DNA of 64,000 nucleotides from a virus: UHGV virus genome UHGV-0272730; one strand, 5' to 3'. Shown piece by piece: positions 28,683 to 38,092 of this stretch (position 1 is its first letter; each line of letters starts with the position of its first letter). The notes under the pieces were generated by a model. It saw only the letters and a program-made list of their open reading frames with translations, ran no database searches and was not told where the DNA came from. The position numbers and the translations under genes were made by a program.

Positions 28683-30029
28683 TTATTTGATAAGAGATTT
28701 TAGAGCATTCTGGAGAGCCAGTTTGCGTTGTTCAGCGGTGTCTTCGGAAGCATTCTTAGCTGGTTCTTTTTCTTCTTCAACCAAATCAGCTTCGCCGTCA
28801 TTACCCATTTCTTCCATAGCATTAGAATGTTCAAGAACAGCACCAGCAGTTTCTTTCAGCTTGGTAATTTCTGATTCTTTTTCTTCCATTGCAGAAGCAT
28901 GGGACGCGATAGTTTCATTAAGTTTCTGGTTAGCACCTTCCATAGCATTCATAAACAGAACGCTCAGAGGGTTATCAAGACCAGCACCTAAAATAGTCGT
29001 TGCAGCTTCTTTTGCATCAAACCCAAAAGCTTCAGCAGAAGCAGAAATCTTATTAGCCAAATCTGACAAAGCAGCTTCCTGTTCTTTAGCTTTCATTTGA
29101 GCAACCTGAAGACGCAAAGCTTCTAGTTCTTGCTTTTCTTGTTCAGTCATTTCTTCACCTGAATTGTTAACGTTTAAACTTACAGGAGCCTCTTCAGAAC
29201 CTTGTAAGTAATTTAAGAAATCATCTTGAGACATGATTGAGTTAATTAAACCAAGTTCAAGAGCTTCCTGAGCAGAATAAACATTCGCCTCAGTATTCTT
29301 TACAGCTTCTTCAGAGAGATTACGAGATTCAGCTACAAAACCTGTAAAGGTTGCGTAGGTATCATTAATTCTCTTTTGAAGTCTTTCTTTGCTTTCTTCT
29401 GAAAGTGCTTGGAATGGTGAACCCATACCTTTAAACTCACCAGCTTTGATGACGTTAATTGTTACGCCATTCTTTTCAAATGCCTTAGTTAATTCCTGAT
29501 GAACCATAATTACACCAATAGAACCAACATCTGCATCTGGTGATGCAATAATTTCTTCAGCAGAAGATGCAAGAGCGTATGCAGCGGAACAAGCGAACTC
29601 ATCTACATAAGCAATAATTTTCTTTTGGCCTCTTGAAGCCATAATGTGACGTGCTAATTCAAAGCAACCTGAAGCTTCACCACCACCAGAATCAATATGC
29701 AGAACGATAGTCTTAATTGACTCATCTGCTAAAGCTTCGTCAAAGCCTCTACGCAAACCTTCATAAGAGCTTAATCCACCTGTACACATTGCATCAATGA
29801 ATGTCATACGATGGGTTAAACCACCCATAATAGGGATAATAGCAATGTCATCTTTTACTTTTAAAAGACTTCTTGCTTCACCTTTGGGTTTATCAAAGTT
29901 TACTGCTGCTTGGACATCACCCAGCAATCTGTTATTCACGTAAGTTGCTGCTGAGTGAGCTAATGATTCAGTGGCTAGTAAAGGTTGGTTGAATAATCTA
30001 TCAGCAAGTCTGAAGATATTCGAACTCAT
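28683..30029 (-). CDS. prohead protease (S49/ClpP-like) fused to scaffold-like C-terminus
   Basis: N-terminal peptidase-like region (IVLHIDSGGGEASG); C-terminal acidic coiled-coil. Confidence 0.65.
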   Translation of the reverse strand: MSSNIFRLADRLFNQPLLATESLAHSAATYVNNRLLGDVQAAVNFDKPKGEARSLLKVKDDIAIIPIMGGLTHRMTFIDAMCTGGLSSYEGLRRGFDEALADESIKTIVLHIDSGGGEASGCFELARHIMASRGQKKIIAYVDEFACSAAYALASSAEEIIASPDADVGSIGVIMVHQELTKAFEKNGVTINVIKAGEFKGMGSPFQALSEESKERLQKRINDTYATFTGFVAESRNLSEEAVKNTEANVYSAQEALELGLINSIMSQDDFLNYLQGSEEAPVSLNVNNSGEEMTEQEKQELEALRLQVAQMKAKEQEAALSDLANKISASAEAFGFDAKEAATTILGAGLDNPLSVLFMNAMEGANQKLNETIASHASAMEEKESEITKLKETAGAVLEHSNAMEEMGNDGEADLVEEEKEPAKNASEDTAEQRKLALQNALKSLIK

Positions 30030-30040
30030 TTTTACTCACC

Positions 30041-30373
30041 CTATTTGTTTAAATCTACAGAGACTGAAGAGATAACATAGATACCTTCTTCAGCAAAGAA
30101 TTGAGGTTTGCTAAGAGCACCAGTTGCCACGCATTTATCGTTAGCATCCCACAAGCTATAGTGTGAGACCGTTGCAGAAGCTGGAACAGTAATGTTAACT
30201 GTGTCTTCTGAGGCAATTAAGCCATTATCCGGTTCAGAAAAATAAATAGCCACTGGCTGAGTAACCTTATTTGCTGTAGGGTCTGCCGTTGGGTCTACAT
30301 TGTGTAAAATAATAGTCGTTGGGGTTAGCGTGGCGAGGATTTTATTCTTACCATCAATAGTTAATGTTCCCAT
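30041..30373 (-). CDS. hypothetical head-module protein
   Basis: 110 aa; position. Confidence 0.4.
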   Translation of the reverse strand: MGTLTIDGKNKILATLTPTTIILHNVDPTADPTANKVTQPVAIYFSEPDNGLIASEDTVNITVPASATVSHYSLWDANDKCVATGALSKPQFFAEEGIYVISSVSVDLNK

Positions 30374-30873
30374 TAATTAAACCTTACTTTTTGTTTAAGG
30401 ACTGTTGAATGGTTACCAGATTCATCTACCACATTTACAATCATATCATATACTTTACCTTTGACAAGTACTTTGTAATCATTTTGTGAAAAAATGTATT
30501 CAAGTCTGTCTGTTTCTTTATTAACTGCCATTGGAGATTGAAATGCAGTGTCGAGGGTAATGAAAGCGGCTTCAATGCTATTAACATTGATACGTTTATT
30601 CTCGCAGTTATATAACTTTACACCCAAAAGGCATGAACTGTCAAATGGAATTTTAACAATTTCACTACAATTTCCTAAAATAAACGGTTTTCCACTCATT
30701 GGAGCATCAAGTAACCTGCAAATAGTGAAAACGTCAGAGGCTCCACCATCACTTACATAACCTGAAAGGCTGACCCTTGAGCCAGCCTCTACAGATAATT
30801 TGTCAGTGATGATAAGAACACCTCTATACGAATGCACTCGTGTAGCATTTGAAATAGAGATAACTTCAGCCAT
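30373..30873 (-). CDS. hypothetical head-module protein
   Basis: 166 aa; position. Confidence 0.4.
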   Translation of the reverse strand: MAEVISISNATRVHSYRGVLIITDKLSVEAGSRVSLSGYVSDGGASDVFTICRLLDAPMSGKPFILGNCSEIVKIPFDSSCLLGVKLYNCENKRINVNSIEAAFITLDTAFQSPMAVNKETDRLEYIFSQNDYKVLVKGKVYDMIVNVVDESGNHSTVLKQKVRFN

Positions 30874-32348
30874 TATTTATTTGCCTTATTTGCTGTGCTT
30901 GGGTCTTTCGCTGAAGGTGTCTTTGCAGTGCCTTCCCCAGCGGTCTTATAACCATCTCCTGAACGGCTTTGGCTATTTGGAGAAAGCTTTTCAGATACTG
31001 GCTGAGACTCATCAGCAGGAGGAAGACCAATATGCTCTCTAAGCTTGTTAGATAGCTCTTTGTCAACTTCCAAAGCACCTACTGCAACAGTCTTCTGGAT
31101 ATAAGAACCAATTGCTTCAAGGTCTGGAGTTTCGATATCATCATATGTGATTTGTACATGTTCTTCATCATCCCACATATTAAGAGCATAAGTCTGTGCA
31201 ACTAAATCACGGTTAATTACGTTCTTAATTTGCTTCAGCAGAATATCTACTGACATTGCTAGTAAGCTTGTCTTAGAATCTGCAAGAGAGAATGAACCAT
31301 ATTTTGACTGACCCATAGCAAGAACATCTGACATAAATGCCATCATAATCTGCTTGGAATATCTGTCAATAATAGAACCTGTATCGTATGCTTTAGCACC
31401 CTGTCTAGAAACTAATGAGAACTCGAAAATATCCTCTTTAGTATCTGGGTCGATATATCTAGGCCAGATTAAACCTGCTCTATCGTTAGCAATCATATCG
31501 TTAACAACAGTTTTGCAGTATTGTACGAAAGCTTTCTTTTCAGGTTCTGCATTTTCATCCAGATAATCTGGTGGTAAACCAATTTTTGGCATACCTACCA
31601 AGTCTCTTGAAACACCAACAGCTTCGTACTCTTCAATCTGAACTTTATACTTCCACGGTACATAGGCATTGAGTAATGGTGAACGACCTTCTGGGTTTCC
31701 ATATTCATCATCATACTTAAACAGCATGAATTTAGCTCGTGGAAGTTTTCTTGTTAATGGTCTCTCTCCAAGATTAATTGCTCCAGCAATATGTGAAACA
31801 TTTCTCAGATTCTGTCTGACACCAGTAACTTTTCTAAAGTCTTCGTCAAAATACCACTTATCAAGTGTTGATTGGTTTCTGATTGGTAATTTAGCCCATC
31901 CAATTAGACCATCATCAAATTTTGACTGGTACTTTCCTTTTTTACCCTGTCGCTTCTTATAAACTTTCTCGTTAACACAGAACCCATAAGTGCAGAATGA
32001 CATTACAGAATTAATAAAATCTGCCCAATCATGCTCCATGTCATCCATTAAAGAATTAAAGAAGTCTGCTCTTTCAAGCATTTTAGGGTCTTGCTCTTTT
32101 CCCTTTGGAGGTACGAATCTCCAGTTGACTTTTCTGACAAACATCTTAATAATATTTACAGATGCTGCTACAGCAGGGTCACGCATCATTAATTGGAAAG
32201 TTTTAATACTTTCAGGGAACCTTAGTGCCTGACGAGGTTCTTCATAGATTCTTCCATTCTTAACCTTCAGACCCAAAGAACCTACTTCACCCATTCTAAA
32301 TGGTGGTAAGCTTTCTTGTGTTTCTGTAATTTCTGCCATTCTTCTCAC
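30873..32348 (-). CDS. portal protein
   Basis: 491 aa, directly downstream of large terminase. Confidence 0.6.
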   Translation of the reverse strand: MRRMAEITETQESLPPFRMGEVGSLGLKVKNGRIYEEPRQALRFPESIKTFQLMMRDPAVAASVNIIKMFVRKVNWRFVPPKGKEQDPKMLERADFFNSLMDDMEHDWADFINSVMSFCTYGFCVNEKVYKKRQGKKGKYQSKFDDGLIGWAKLPIRNQSTLDKWYFDEDFRKVTGVRQNLRNVSHIAGAINLGERPLTRKLPRAKFMLFKYDDEYGNPEGRSPLLNAYVPWKYKVQIEEYEAVGVSRDLVGMPKIGLPPDYLDENAEPEKKAFVQYCKTVVNDMIANDRAGLIWPRYIDPDTKEDIFEFSLVSRQGAKAYDTGSIIDRYSKQIMMAFMSDVLAMGQSKYGSFSLADSKTSLLAMSVDILLKQIKNVINRDLVAQTYALNMWDDEEHVQITYDDIETPDLEAIGSYIQKTVAVGALEVDKELSNKLREHIGLPPADESQPVSEKLSPNSQSRSGDGYKTAGEGTAKTPSAKDPSTANKANK

Positions 32349-32355
32349 CTAGCTA

Positions 32356-33972
32356 TCAACGTCTAAGCCCCTCATATGGGTTTCCTCTCACTAAGTCTGT
32401 GTGAGCACCCATTGATGGCGGCTTGAATAATTTAACTTCGTTAAGACTGTTGAAAGCATCACTGGTAGCATCCACTTGGTCATCTTTAGTTTTACCATCA
32501 CCACAAAAGCCTTCAAGCTCTTGGAAGTAAGCTTCATTCCAACTACCTCTCAAGACTTTTACAAGTCCAGCTTCAGAAGCAGCAGAAAACCCCGCAAATC
32601 GGGTAACTTTATCTTTATTTGTTGGTTTAGCTCTTGCACGATAGCCTTTCTCGGCAAGTTTCCTGATGAGGGATGTCGCGTAGGATTTACCAGCAGCGCC
32701 TGGGTCTTGAGGGATAAAAATACCAGTTCGCTTACCGTCACTTTCAGCAGTCAAATTAATTTGTGTTTCGACTCCAGAGGGTCTATCTCTAAATCTTACT
32801 ACATCAATGATATAATAGCAACCGTCTTTTTTAGATTTACCCATCTTAACACCTGCTGTCCAGTCTGGATTAGGGTTAATCTCAGATGGTAAAGTTGCTG
32901 CTAAGTCCCATGCTCTAACATCGAATACATCTTCTGGGAGTGAATCAACAATCTCACACCATTGTCTTTGCCAATAGTTTGAACCTTCTGCACGAGCCTT
33001 CCAGTTACCGAAACGAAGTCTTGCAACGTTTACAGGGGTGTTGTTTTCCAACTTACCACGGTACTTAGGCTCTAAGAAGTCAAGGATTGGGTTATCATCA
33101 ATCGTACCAGAGATAAAGGTGTATGTTTGAGGAATCTCAAGAGGAAACATTTCAAGAATCTTGTCTCTCTCCCAATCAGAAACCATAACACCATCATTCA
33201 TTACATACCAACGAATACGACCACACTTTTCAGGGTCTGGGTAACCTTCTTCATCTAAGAAGGGTTCTACCCAATCATAAATAAAGTGGTCTCTATCTGG
33301 GTTCATAGAAATCTTCATGTATGAGTCACTTTCAGCACCAGAACGTAGACGAGTCTGTAGGTATGAAATCTGTGAAGCAGAGAAGTGTGTACCTTCGTCA
33401 AAGTAGATAGCTGAGTATTCAATACCCTGATGACCTTCAGCGTGCTTTTCAAGTTCTAGGTAGGTAAACTTGATAGTTGCCCCAGAAGGGAATGTGATAG
33501 TCATCTTCTGCTCATGAGGAACCCCACCAAACTTACCAAATAGTTTCTTTGCAGCAGGCCATAAACCACCTTGTAACTGTGTTGTATTTTGACGGAAATA
33601 TACAGCATTATAGTTAGGGTCTTCAATAAACCTTAAAGAGTCCATTAATAATGCAGCAGTTTTACCAGCACCAGCAGCACCACCATAGAGAACCAAGTCA
33701 GCATTAGTATTTAAAAAGACCTCTTGAGAACCCGGCTGAGGGGCTACATAGTTCTTATCAGTCATCAATTTGAAGATAAGTCTAACTTGGTCTGGTGTGT
33801 ATCTTAATAAAGTCAGAATTTGAGTTGGAAGGAATTTAGAGGGGTCTTTACCGTATGATTTGATAATTTCTTTTACTTCATCAGAAAGCCCCAACTCTCC
33901 AGCTAGGACTTTCCTAACATCTTCCACTCGCTTCTGCTTAATAGCATTTAAGTCCATTAAGCACCTCCGCAA
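32356..33972 (-). CDS. terminase large subunit
   Basis: Walker A LYGGAAGAGKT; 538 aa. Confidence 0.8.
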   Translation of the reverse strand: MRRCLMDLNAIKQKRVEDVRKVLAGELGLSDEVKEIIKSYGKDPSKFLPTQILTLLRYTPDQVRLIFKLMTDKNYVAPQPGSQEVFLNTNADLVLYGGAAGAGKTAALLMDSLRFIEDPNYNAVYFRQNTTQLQGGLWPAAKKLFGKFGGVPHEQKMTITFPSGATIKFTYLELEKHAEGHQGIEYSAIYFDEGTHFSASQISYLQTRLRSGAESDSYMKISMNPDRDHFIYDWVEPFLDEEGYPDPEKCGRIRWYVMNDGVMVSDWERDKILEMFPLEIPQTYTFISGTIDDNPILDFLEPKYRGKLENNTPVNVARLRFGNWKARAEGSNYWQRQWCEIVDSLPEDVFDVRAWDLAATLPSEINPNPDWTAGVKMGKSKKDGCYYIIDVVRFRDRPSGVETQINLTAESDGKRTGIFIPQDPGAAGKSYATSLIRKLAEKGYRARAKPTNKDKVTRFAGFSAASEAGLVKVLRGSWNEAYFQELEGFCGDGKTKDDQVDATSDAFNSLNEVKLFKPPSMGAHTDLVRGNPYEGLRR

Positions 33973-33978
33973 ATAGAA

Positions 33979-34179
33979 TTATTCAGAGTCTGTAGCAGTC
34001 TCTTCTTTCTTAACTTCGAACTTTGCATCAACAGCATCAAGAAGTGCATCCATAGATGCTTCTTTAATATCAATACCTGTTGCTACAGATAGTCTGTCTG
34101 CAATTGCCATGATAGTATTCTGCATAAACTCTAACTTCTTGTTAGCTTCATAAAGTTCTTTATAAACGTTCTCGCTCAT
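33979..34179 (-). CDS. hypothetical protein (66 aa)
   Basis: ORF immediately upstream of terminase. Confidence 0.4.
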   Translation of the reverse strand: MSENVYKELYEANKKLEFMQNTIMAIADRLSVATGIDIKEASMDALLDAVDAKFEVKKEETATDSE

Positions 34180-34304
34180 TATGTTTTCTCCAAATAATTA
34201 ATATTGTTTCCCCTTAAAAAAGACGGCACAGAGACCGTCAAGGAGAAACCACAATGTACGTCAGAGACATACTGTATAAGCCTTCTTATAAAGTATAACT
34301 CTGT

Positions 34305-34364
34305 AAAAAAGCCCTGTCTAAAAATACTCTTCGGTAGCGAAAGGAAGAATACTTATAGCAGGGC
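34305..34364 (-). terminator. candidate terminator closing the tRNA array
   Basis: GCCCTG ... CAGGGC stem with structured loop, followed by UUUUUU on the minus strand. Confidence 0.4.
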
Positions 34365-34401
34365 ATTATTATTATTTTAATTGAGAGAGAGTAAAATAAC
34401 T

Positions 34402-34477
34402 TGGAGAATCCGAAGGGACTCGAACCCTTATAAACCTGTTTTGCAGACAGGCACATAGCCATTTCTGTCACGGATTC
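34402..34477 (-). tRNA. tRNA-Cys (GCA)
   Basis: Acceptor GAATCCG/CGGATTC, T-arm GGGTTCGAGTCCC, anticodon loop CTGCAAA, CCA encoded. Confidence 0.7.
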
Positions 34478-34481
34478 AAAT

Positions 34482-34574
34482 TGGAGGAAGATACCAGACT
34501 TGAACTGGTACACCGATTTCTCAGCTACTGGCAGTTTAGCAAACTGCTCCCTTACCTTTTAGGGTTAATCTTCC
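34482..34574 (-). tRNA. tRNA-Ser (GCU), type II
   Basis: 93 nt; acceptor GGAAGAT/ATCTTCC; anticodon stem GCAGT/ACTGC with loop TTGCTAA; long variable arm. Confidence 0.6.
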
Positions 34575-34575
34575 A

Positions 34576-35373
34576 TTATTTCTGTAATGCGTTCTTCATT
34601 TCTGGTGTTGCAATAGTGTCAATCACACCAGTTTTACAAGCATCATCAAACCAGTCTGGTAAGATACCTGCTAAGAACCCATTGATATTCGTTTTAAGGT
34701 ACTCTGCAATAAGAGCAGCTTCTTCTTCAATCATCTGCACAACTTCATCTGCATAAGCTGTAATTTTTGAAATACCTTCATTAATCTTACTAACAGCTTG
34801 CTCAGCTAAATCAGAAATAGTATCAAGACCTTTGTCAATAGCATCTTGTAAGTCACTTAACACACCATTAACACTATCTAGTGCACTGTTAATCGTATCA
34901 ATAGCTTTTTGACCATACTCTGTAGCAACACCCATAATACCACTAAATGGTGTACAGCCAACTTGTTCACCTACTGCACCCATAACATTAGAGTAACCTT
35001 TTGCTACCTGCATACGTGATGAAAACTCATCAATGGACTTTTGACCATAGTCTGTTAAGGTCTTAGTAGTCGCTGTAGTGCTTGTAAGGCTTGTTGTAAA
35101 GCTGTTTAGAAGGACTGTTGTAAGTCCAGCAGCAACAAGTTTCTCCTTCATTGTAGGGTCTGTTACAGAGCTAATAGAACTTACAAGTGATGTAGAGGCA
35201 GCTACGGTTCCACCGAGAACTGCTGCACCAGTAATAAGGGGATTGGAAAACCCTCTACCGGTTTTTAAGAGATTAAAAATCTCCTTACCTTGTTCTGTCA
35301 TCTCTTTCATTAAGCACCTTTGAAATTGGTAGTCCAGTGGGATTTGAACCCTCTTCTCATGTTTTTCAGACAC
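34576..35373 (-). CDS. Ser/Thr/Ala-rich protein (265 aa)
   Basis: ORF between tRNA genes; low-complexity S/T-rich centre. Confidence 0.5.
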   Translation of the reverse strand: MSEKHEKRVQIPLDYQFQRCLMKEMTEQGKEIFNLLKTGRGFSNPLITGAAVLGGTVAASTSLVSSISSVTDPTMKEKLVAAGLTTVLLNSFTTSLTSTTATTKTLTDYGQKSIDEFSSRMQVAKGYSNVMGAVGEQVGCTPFSGIMGVATEYGQKAIDTINSALDSVNGVLSDLQDAIDKGLDTISDLAEQAVSKINEGISKITAYADEVVQMIEEEAALIAEYLKTNINGFLAGILPDWFDDACKTGVIDTIATPEMKNALQK

Positions 35374-35403
35374 GCGCTTTAACCATATAAGCTACTTGGA
35401 CTA
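35327..35403 (-). tRNA. tRNA-Phe (GAA)
   Basis: Acceptor TAGTCCA/TGGACTA; anticodon stem CGTGT/ACATG with loop CTGAAAA; T-loop TTCAAAT. Confidence 0.55.
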
Positions 35404-35408
35404 TAAAT

Positions 35409-35484
35409 TGGGGTGACCTACGGGATTTGAACCCGTATAGACCATGTTCACAGCATGGGTCATTACCATTTATGATAAGGCCAC
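35409..35484 (-). tRNA. tRNA-His (GUG)
   Basis: Anticodon stem CCATG/CATGG with loop CTGTGAA; D-stem TCAT/ATGA. Confidence 0.7.
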
Positions 35485-35515
35485 ATTTAAGGACTCTCGT
35501 AAGAATCCTTAGAAG

Positions 35516-35590
35516 TGGCAGCGGCATAAGGATTTGAACCTTAATAGGACAGCTTCAGAGACTGTTGCATTGCCAGTTATGCTATACCGC
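35516..35590 (-). tRNA. tRNA-Gln (CUG)
   Basis: Acceptor GCGGTAT/ATGCCGC; anticodon loop CTCTGAA. Confidence 0.6.
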
Positions 35591-35596
35591 TAAATT

Positions 35597-35675
35597 TGGT
35601 ACTCCATATCGGATTCGAACCGATACATAACACAGATTTTAAGTCTGGCCTCTCTGCCAATTGGAGTAATGGAGC
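35597..35675 (-). tRNA. compact tRNA with anticodon UAA (Leu-decoding, no long variable arm)
   Basis: 79 nt; canonical T-arm ATCGG-TTCGAAT-CCGAT and CCA; anticodon loop CTTAAAA; weak D-stem. Confidence 0.45.
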
Positions 35676-35677
35676 AT

Positions 35678-35752
35678 TGGCGGGGGATGTTGGAATTGAA
35701 CCAACTTCTTCGATTTCAAAGACCGAGGTTTTAACCTTGTAAACTAATCCCC
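35678..35752 (-). tRNA. tRNA-Gln (UUG)
   Basis: Anticodon stem TCGGT/ATCGA with loop CTTTGAA; acceptor pairing imperfect. Confidence 0.5.
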
Positions 35753-35761
35753 TTTAAATCT

Positions 35762-36319
35762 TTACTTTCTCAGTGGATGAATAAAGAATGCCAACATAAC
35801 TCTTTCCCTTGAGAATGCTCTTTCTTCTGGGACAACACTTTTTAGTTTCCATCCAATATAAATTCTCCAGTAAAACTGTTTACCAAAGACTTTAATTGAT
35901 GGGATAAAGGCGAATAATCCCCAAGCATTACTGTTCCACATTAGGAGGTAACCAGTCTGATTATCTTCAGGGTCAGAACTTACGTTGATATTACCTTTCC
36001 ACTTAGTAACATCTTTTACATCTCTTCCTAATACATGGTAAGAGAAGTTATAAGCTTTGTTTCTCCAGAGCCATCCGACTCTTTGCATGTAGACGCCTAG
36101 TTTACCAATCCATCTAATATTAGCCCATCTTTTAACGTGACCTTCATCACCATCAATTGGGTTGTCATATGTCTCCATCCATCTGAACCCGAAAGGTAAG
36201 TGTCCTTTCTTCTCACTGTAGAATGGAACTACAAAAGGTGCTAAGATAACTGCTAAGATTGCTGCAAATGGCTCTAACAAAGCTAAGAAAATCCATGAAG
36301 CATACTTTAAGTATCTCAT
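35762..36319 (-). CDS. membrane protein (185 aa)
   Basis: N-terminal hydrophobic helices (WIFLALLEPFAAILAVILAPFVVPF); Trp-rich. Confidence 0.5.
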   Translation of the reverse strand: MRYLKYASWIFLALLEPFAAILAVILAPFVVPFYSEKKGHLPFGFRWMETYDNPIDGDEGHVKRWANIRWIGKLGVYMQRVGWLWRNKAYNFSYHVLGRDVKDVTKWKGNINVSSDPEDNQTGYLLMWNSNAWGLFAFIPSIKVFGKQFYWRIYIGWKLKSVVPEERAFSRERVMLAFFIHPLRK

Positions 36320-36558
36320 TGTCTAATCCTCGTAAGGAGGTAAATGTTATTATTCGTTTCTAAACCTTCTGGTAAAACTGTCTCAAAAATAACACTCTTC
36401 AGATGTCTACCACCAAAACAATCACGTATAAATCTTTCTACTCTAGCGGGGTCACATAAGTATCCCACTTTTAAGAAAATGTGGTGTTCAACACCAATGA
36501 CCCTGACAAACTCAATACTCTCACAGTTTTCATGTTCAACTACTGTTAATGTTTGCAT
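36316..36558 (-). CDS. hypothetical protein (80 aa)
   Basis: ORF overlapping the start of the downstream gene. Confidence 0.4.
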   Translation of the reverse strand: MQTLTVVEHENCESIEFVRVIGVEHHIFLKVGYLCDPARVERFIRDCFGGRHLKSVIFETVLPEGLETNNNIYLLTRIRQ

Positions 36559-36575
36559 AGTATCACCTTTTTATC

Positions 36576-36651
36576 TGGCGCAGGATAAGGGATTCGAACC
36601 CCTATTAACAGCTTCGTAGACTGTTGCTCTTTCCATTTGAACTAATCCTGC
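36576..36651 (-). tRNA. tRNA-Arg (ACG)
   Basis: Acceptor GCAGGAT/ATCCTGC; anticodon stem ACAGT/GCTGT with loop CTACGAA. Confidence 0.7.
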
Positions 36652-36656
36652 AAAAT

Positions 36657-36734
36657 TGGTGTTCCAAGACGGATTCGAACCGTCACTAATACAAGGTTTG
36701 AGCTTGCATCCTCTGCCAATTGGGATACTGGAAC
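36657..36734 (-). tRNA. compact tRNA with anticodon CAA (Leu-decoding, no long variable arm)
   Basis: 78 nt; T-arm GACGG-TTCGAAT-CCGTC; anticodon stem GCAAG/CTTGT with loop CTCAAAC; D-loop shares CCAATTGGCAGAG with the UAA tRNA. Confidence 0.5.
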
Positions 36735-36738
36735 ATGA

Positions 36739-36810
36739 TACTCACTAAAGGACTTGAACCTTTTTCTTCATCTTGTAAGGGTGATGTTTTACCATATAAA
36801 CTAAGCGAGT
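36739..36810 (-). tRNA. tRNA-Val (UAC)
   Basis: Acceptor ACTCGCT/AGTGAGT; D-stem GTTT/AAAC; anticodon loop CTTACAA; CCA not encoded. Confidence 0.5.
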
Positions 36811-36813
36811 ATG

Positions 36814-36903
36814 AAAGAGGTCTGGAGTTGTGCCGCTAACTCAACTCCGTGGAATTTGTTACGGTCTTCAGTTGACTCAAAGCGGTCTTTCACTTGACCT
36901 CTG
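36814..36903 (-). other. tRNA-like structured element (perfect 7 bp acceptor-like helix, no canonical T-loop)
   Basis: AGAGGTC ... GACCTCT terminal helix and internal GGAGTTG/CAACTCC stem; could not be folded as a canonical tRNA by eye. Confidence 0.25.
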
Positions 36904-36906
36904 AAT

Positions 36907-36983
36907 TGGTGCTCCCACAAGGACTCGAACCCGCATCTCCATCCTTACAAGGGATGTGTAATAGCCAATTATACGAAAGCAGC
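36907..36983 (-). other. tRNA-like element (anticodon arm compatible with Thr-UGU; acceptor/T-stem not resolved)
   Basis: T-loop GGGTTCGAGTCC and perfect anticodon stem CATCC/GGATG with loop CTTGTAA, but acceptor pairing fails by eye. Confidence 0.3.
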
Positions 36984-36984
36984 A

Positions 36985-37398
36985 TTAAACTTTTATGATA
37001 CCAGCATGTACTTTTCTGTGACAGTTAGCGCACAAGACAATGCACTTTCTGATTTCATCTTTTAATCTTTTTGTGGAGTATGAATAAAGTGATGCAGGAT
37101 TCAAATCTTTCTGGGAAGGGTCTGTATGGTGTAAATCCAATGCAACTGGTTCTTTCTCACCACATATATGACATTTGCATAAAGCTTTGTACCTTCTAGC
37201 TAGAGTCTTGTTATACTCTCTCTTGAAGTTACGAGTGCTTTTAATAGCCTCTTTCCTTTTATCATTTGCTTGATAACTCTTTGCATCACGAAGTCTTGCA
37301 CAGTCTTTGCATTGACTTTGAAGACCATCTTTCTTGTTCTTATTCTTATGGAATAAGCTTTCATCTTTTGGTATTCTGCAAGTACTGCATATTTTCAT
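36985..37398 (-). CDS. HNH endonuclease (inserted in tRNA array)
   Basis: N-terminal CxxC...CxxC plus HNH-type motif DLHHTDP...N...LCANCHRKVH. Confidence 0.75.
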   Translation of the reverse strand: MKICSTCRIPKDESLFHKNKNKKDGLQSQCKDCARLRDAKSYQANDKRKEAIKSTRNFKREYNKTLARRYKALCKCHICGEKEPVALDLHHTDPSQKDLNPASLYSYSTKRLKDEIRKCIVLCANCHRKVHAGIIKV

Positions 37399-37412
37399 AT
37401 CACACCTTAATT

Positions 37413-37487
37413 TGGAGCATCCAGAGGGAATCGAACCCTCAACCTCAGTTTGGAAGACTGTAATTTTCCCGTTTAAACTATGGATGC
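37413..37487 (-). tRNA. tRNA-Gly (UCC)
   Basis: Acceptor GCATCCA/TGGATGC; T-arm GAGGG-TTCGATT-CCCTC; anticodon loop CTTCCAA. Confidence 0.7.
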
Positions 37488-37493
37488 ACTAAT

Positions 37494-37569
37494 TGGTGGA
37501 GAAGCAGGGAATTGAACCCTGTACTTAAGTTTGCAAAACTTATGTTTTAACCATGTAAACTACATCCCC
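37494..37569 (-). tRNA. tRNA-Ala (UGC)
   Basis: Anticodon stem TAAGT/ACTTA with loop TTTGCAA; T-arm CAGGG-TTCAATT-CCCTG. Confidence 0.65.
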
Positions 37570-37575
37570 AATGTC

Positions 37576-37651
37576 TGGTACAGGTGGAGGGAATTGAACC
37601 CATCGTCTTACTGATTAAGAGTCAGCCGCATAACCATTTTGCTACACCTGC
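37576..37651 (-). tRNA. tRNA-Lys (CUU)
   Basis: Acceptor GCAGGTG/CACCTGT; anticodon loop CTCTTAA. Confidence 0.6.
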
Positions 37652-37658
37652 ATTAATT

Positions 37659-37736
37659 TGGTAGGAGACAAGGGATTCGAACCCTCAAACATCTCGTTCT
37701 AAGCGAGATAGGTTTACCAATTACCGTCAATCTCCC
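37659..37736 (-). tRNA. compact tRNA with anticodon UAG (Leu-decoding, no long variable arm)
   Basis: 78 nt; perfect 6 bp anticodon stem ATCTCG/CGAGAT with loop CTTAGAA; T-arm GAGGG-TTCGAAT-CCCTT; weak D-stem. Confidence 0.5.
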
Positions 37737-37989
37737 ATTAAATCTTTTTAGAGAACTTCTAAGAACCTAAGCAACAAGGCTCCACAACAAGCTGTAATAA
37801 CCTTAGAAGCCCTCTAAAAAGACCTAAATAGGTCTTTGCATAGTCTTGTTTAATCCGGTGACTAGAACCTTTGGAGAGCTTGATATTATCTCTTCTCCGT
37901 GACACCTACTAGGTGCTTTGACAGTGTACGACAATACACGAGGGATAAACCGACAATGCGAACAAGCATGGACGGAGTAAATCTTATTA

Positions 37990-38079
37990 GGCGGTAAGTA
38001 AAGGAGTCGAACCCTCACCGTATCTCTACAGTGGCAACTGTTTTCAAGACAGTTTGGCTACCATTAGCCGCTACCTACC
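37990..38079 (-). tRNA. tRNA-Ser (UGA), type II
   Basis: 90 nt; acceptor GGTAGGT/ACTTACC; anticodon stem ACTGT/ACAGT with loop CTTGAAA; long variable arm. Confidence 0.6.
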
Positions 38080-38092
38080 CCTAATAAGACTT

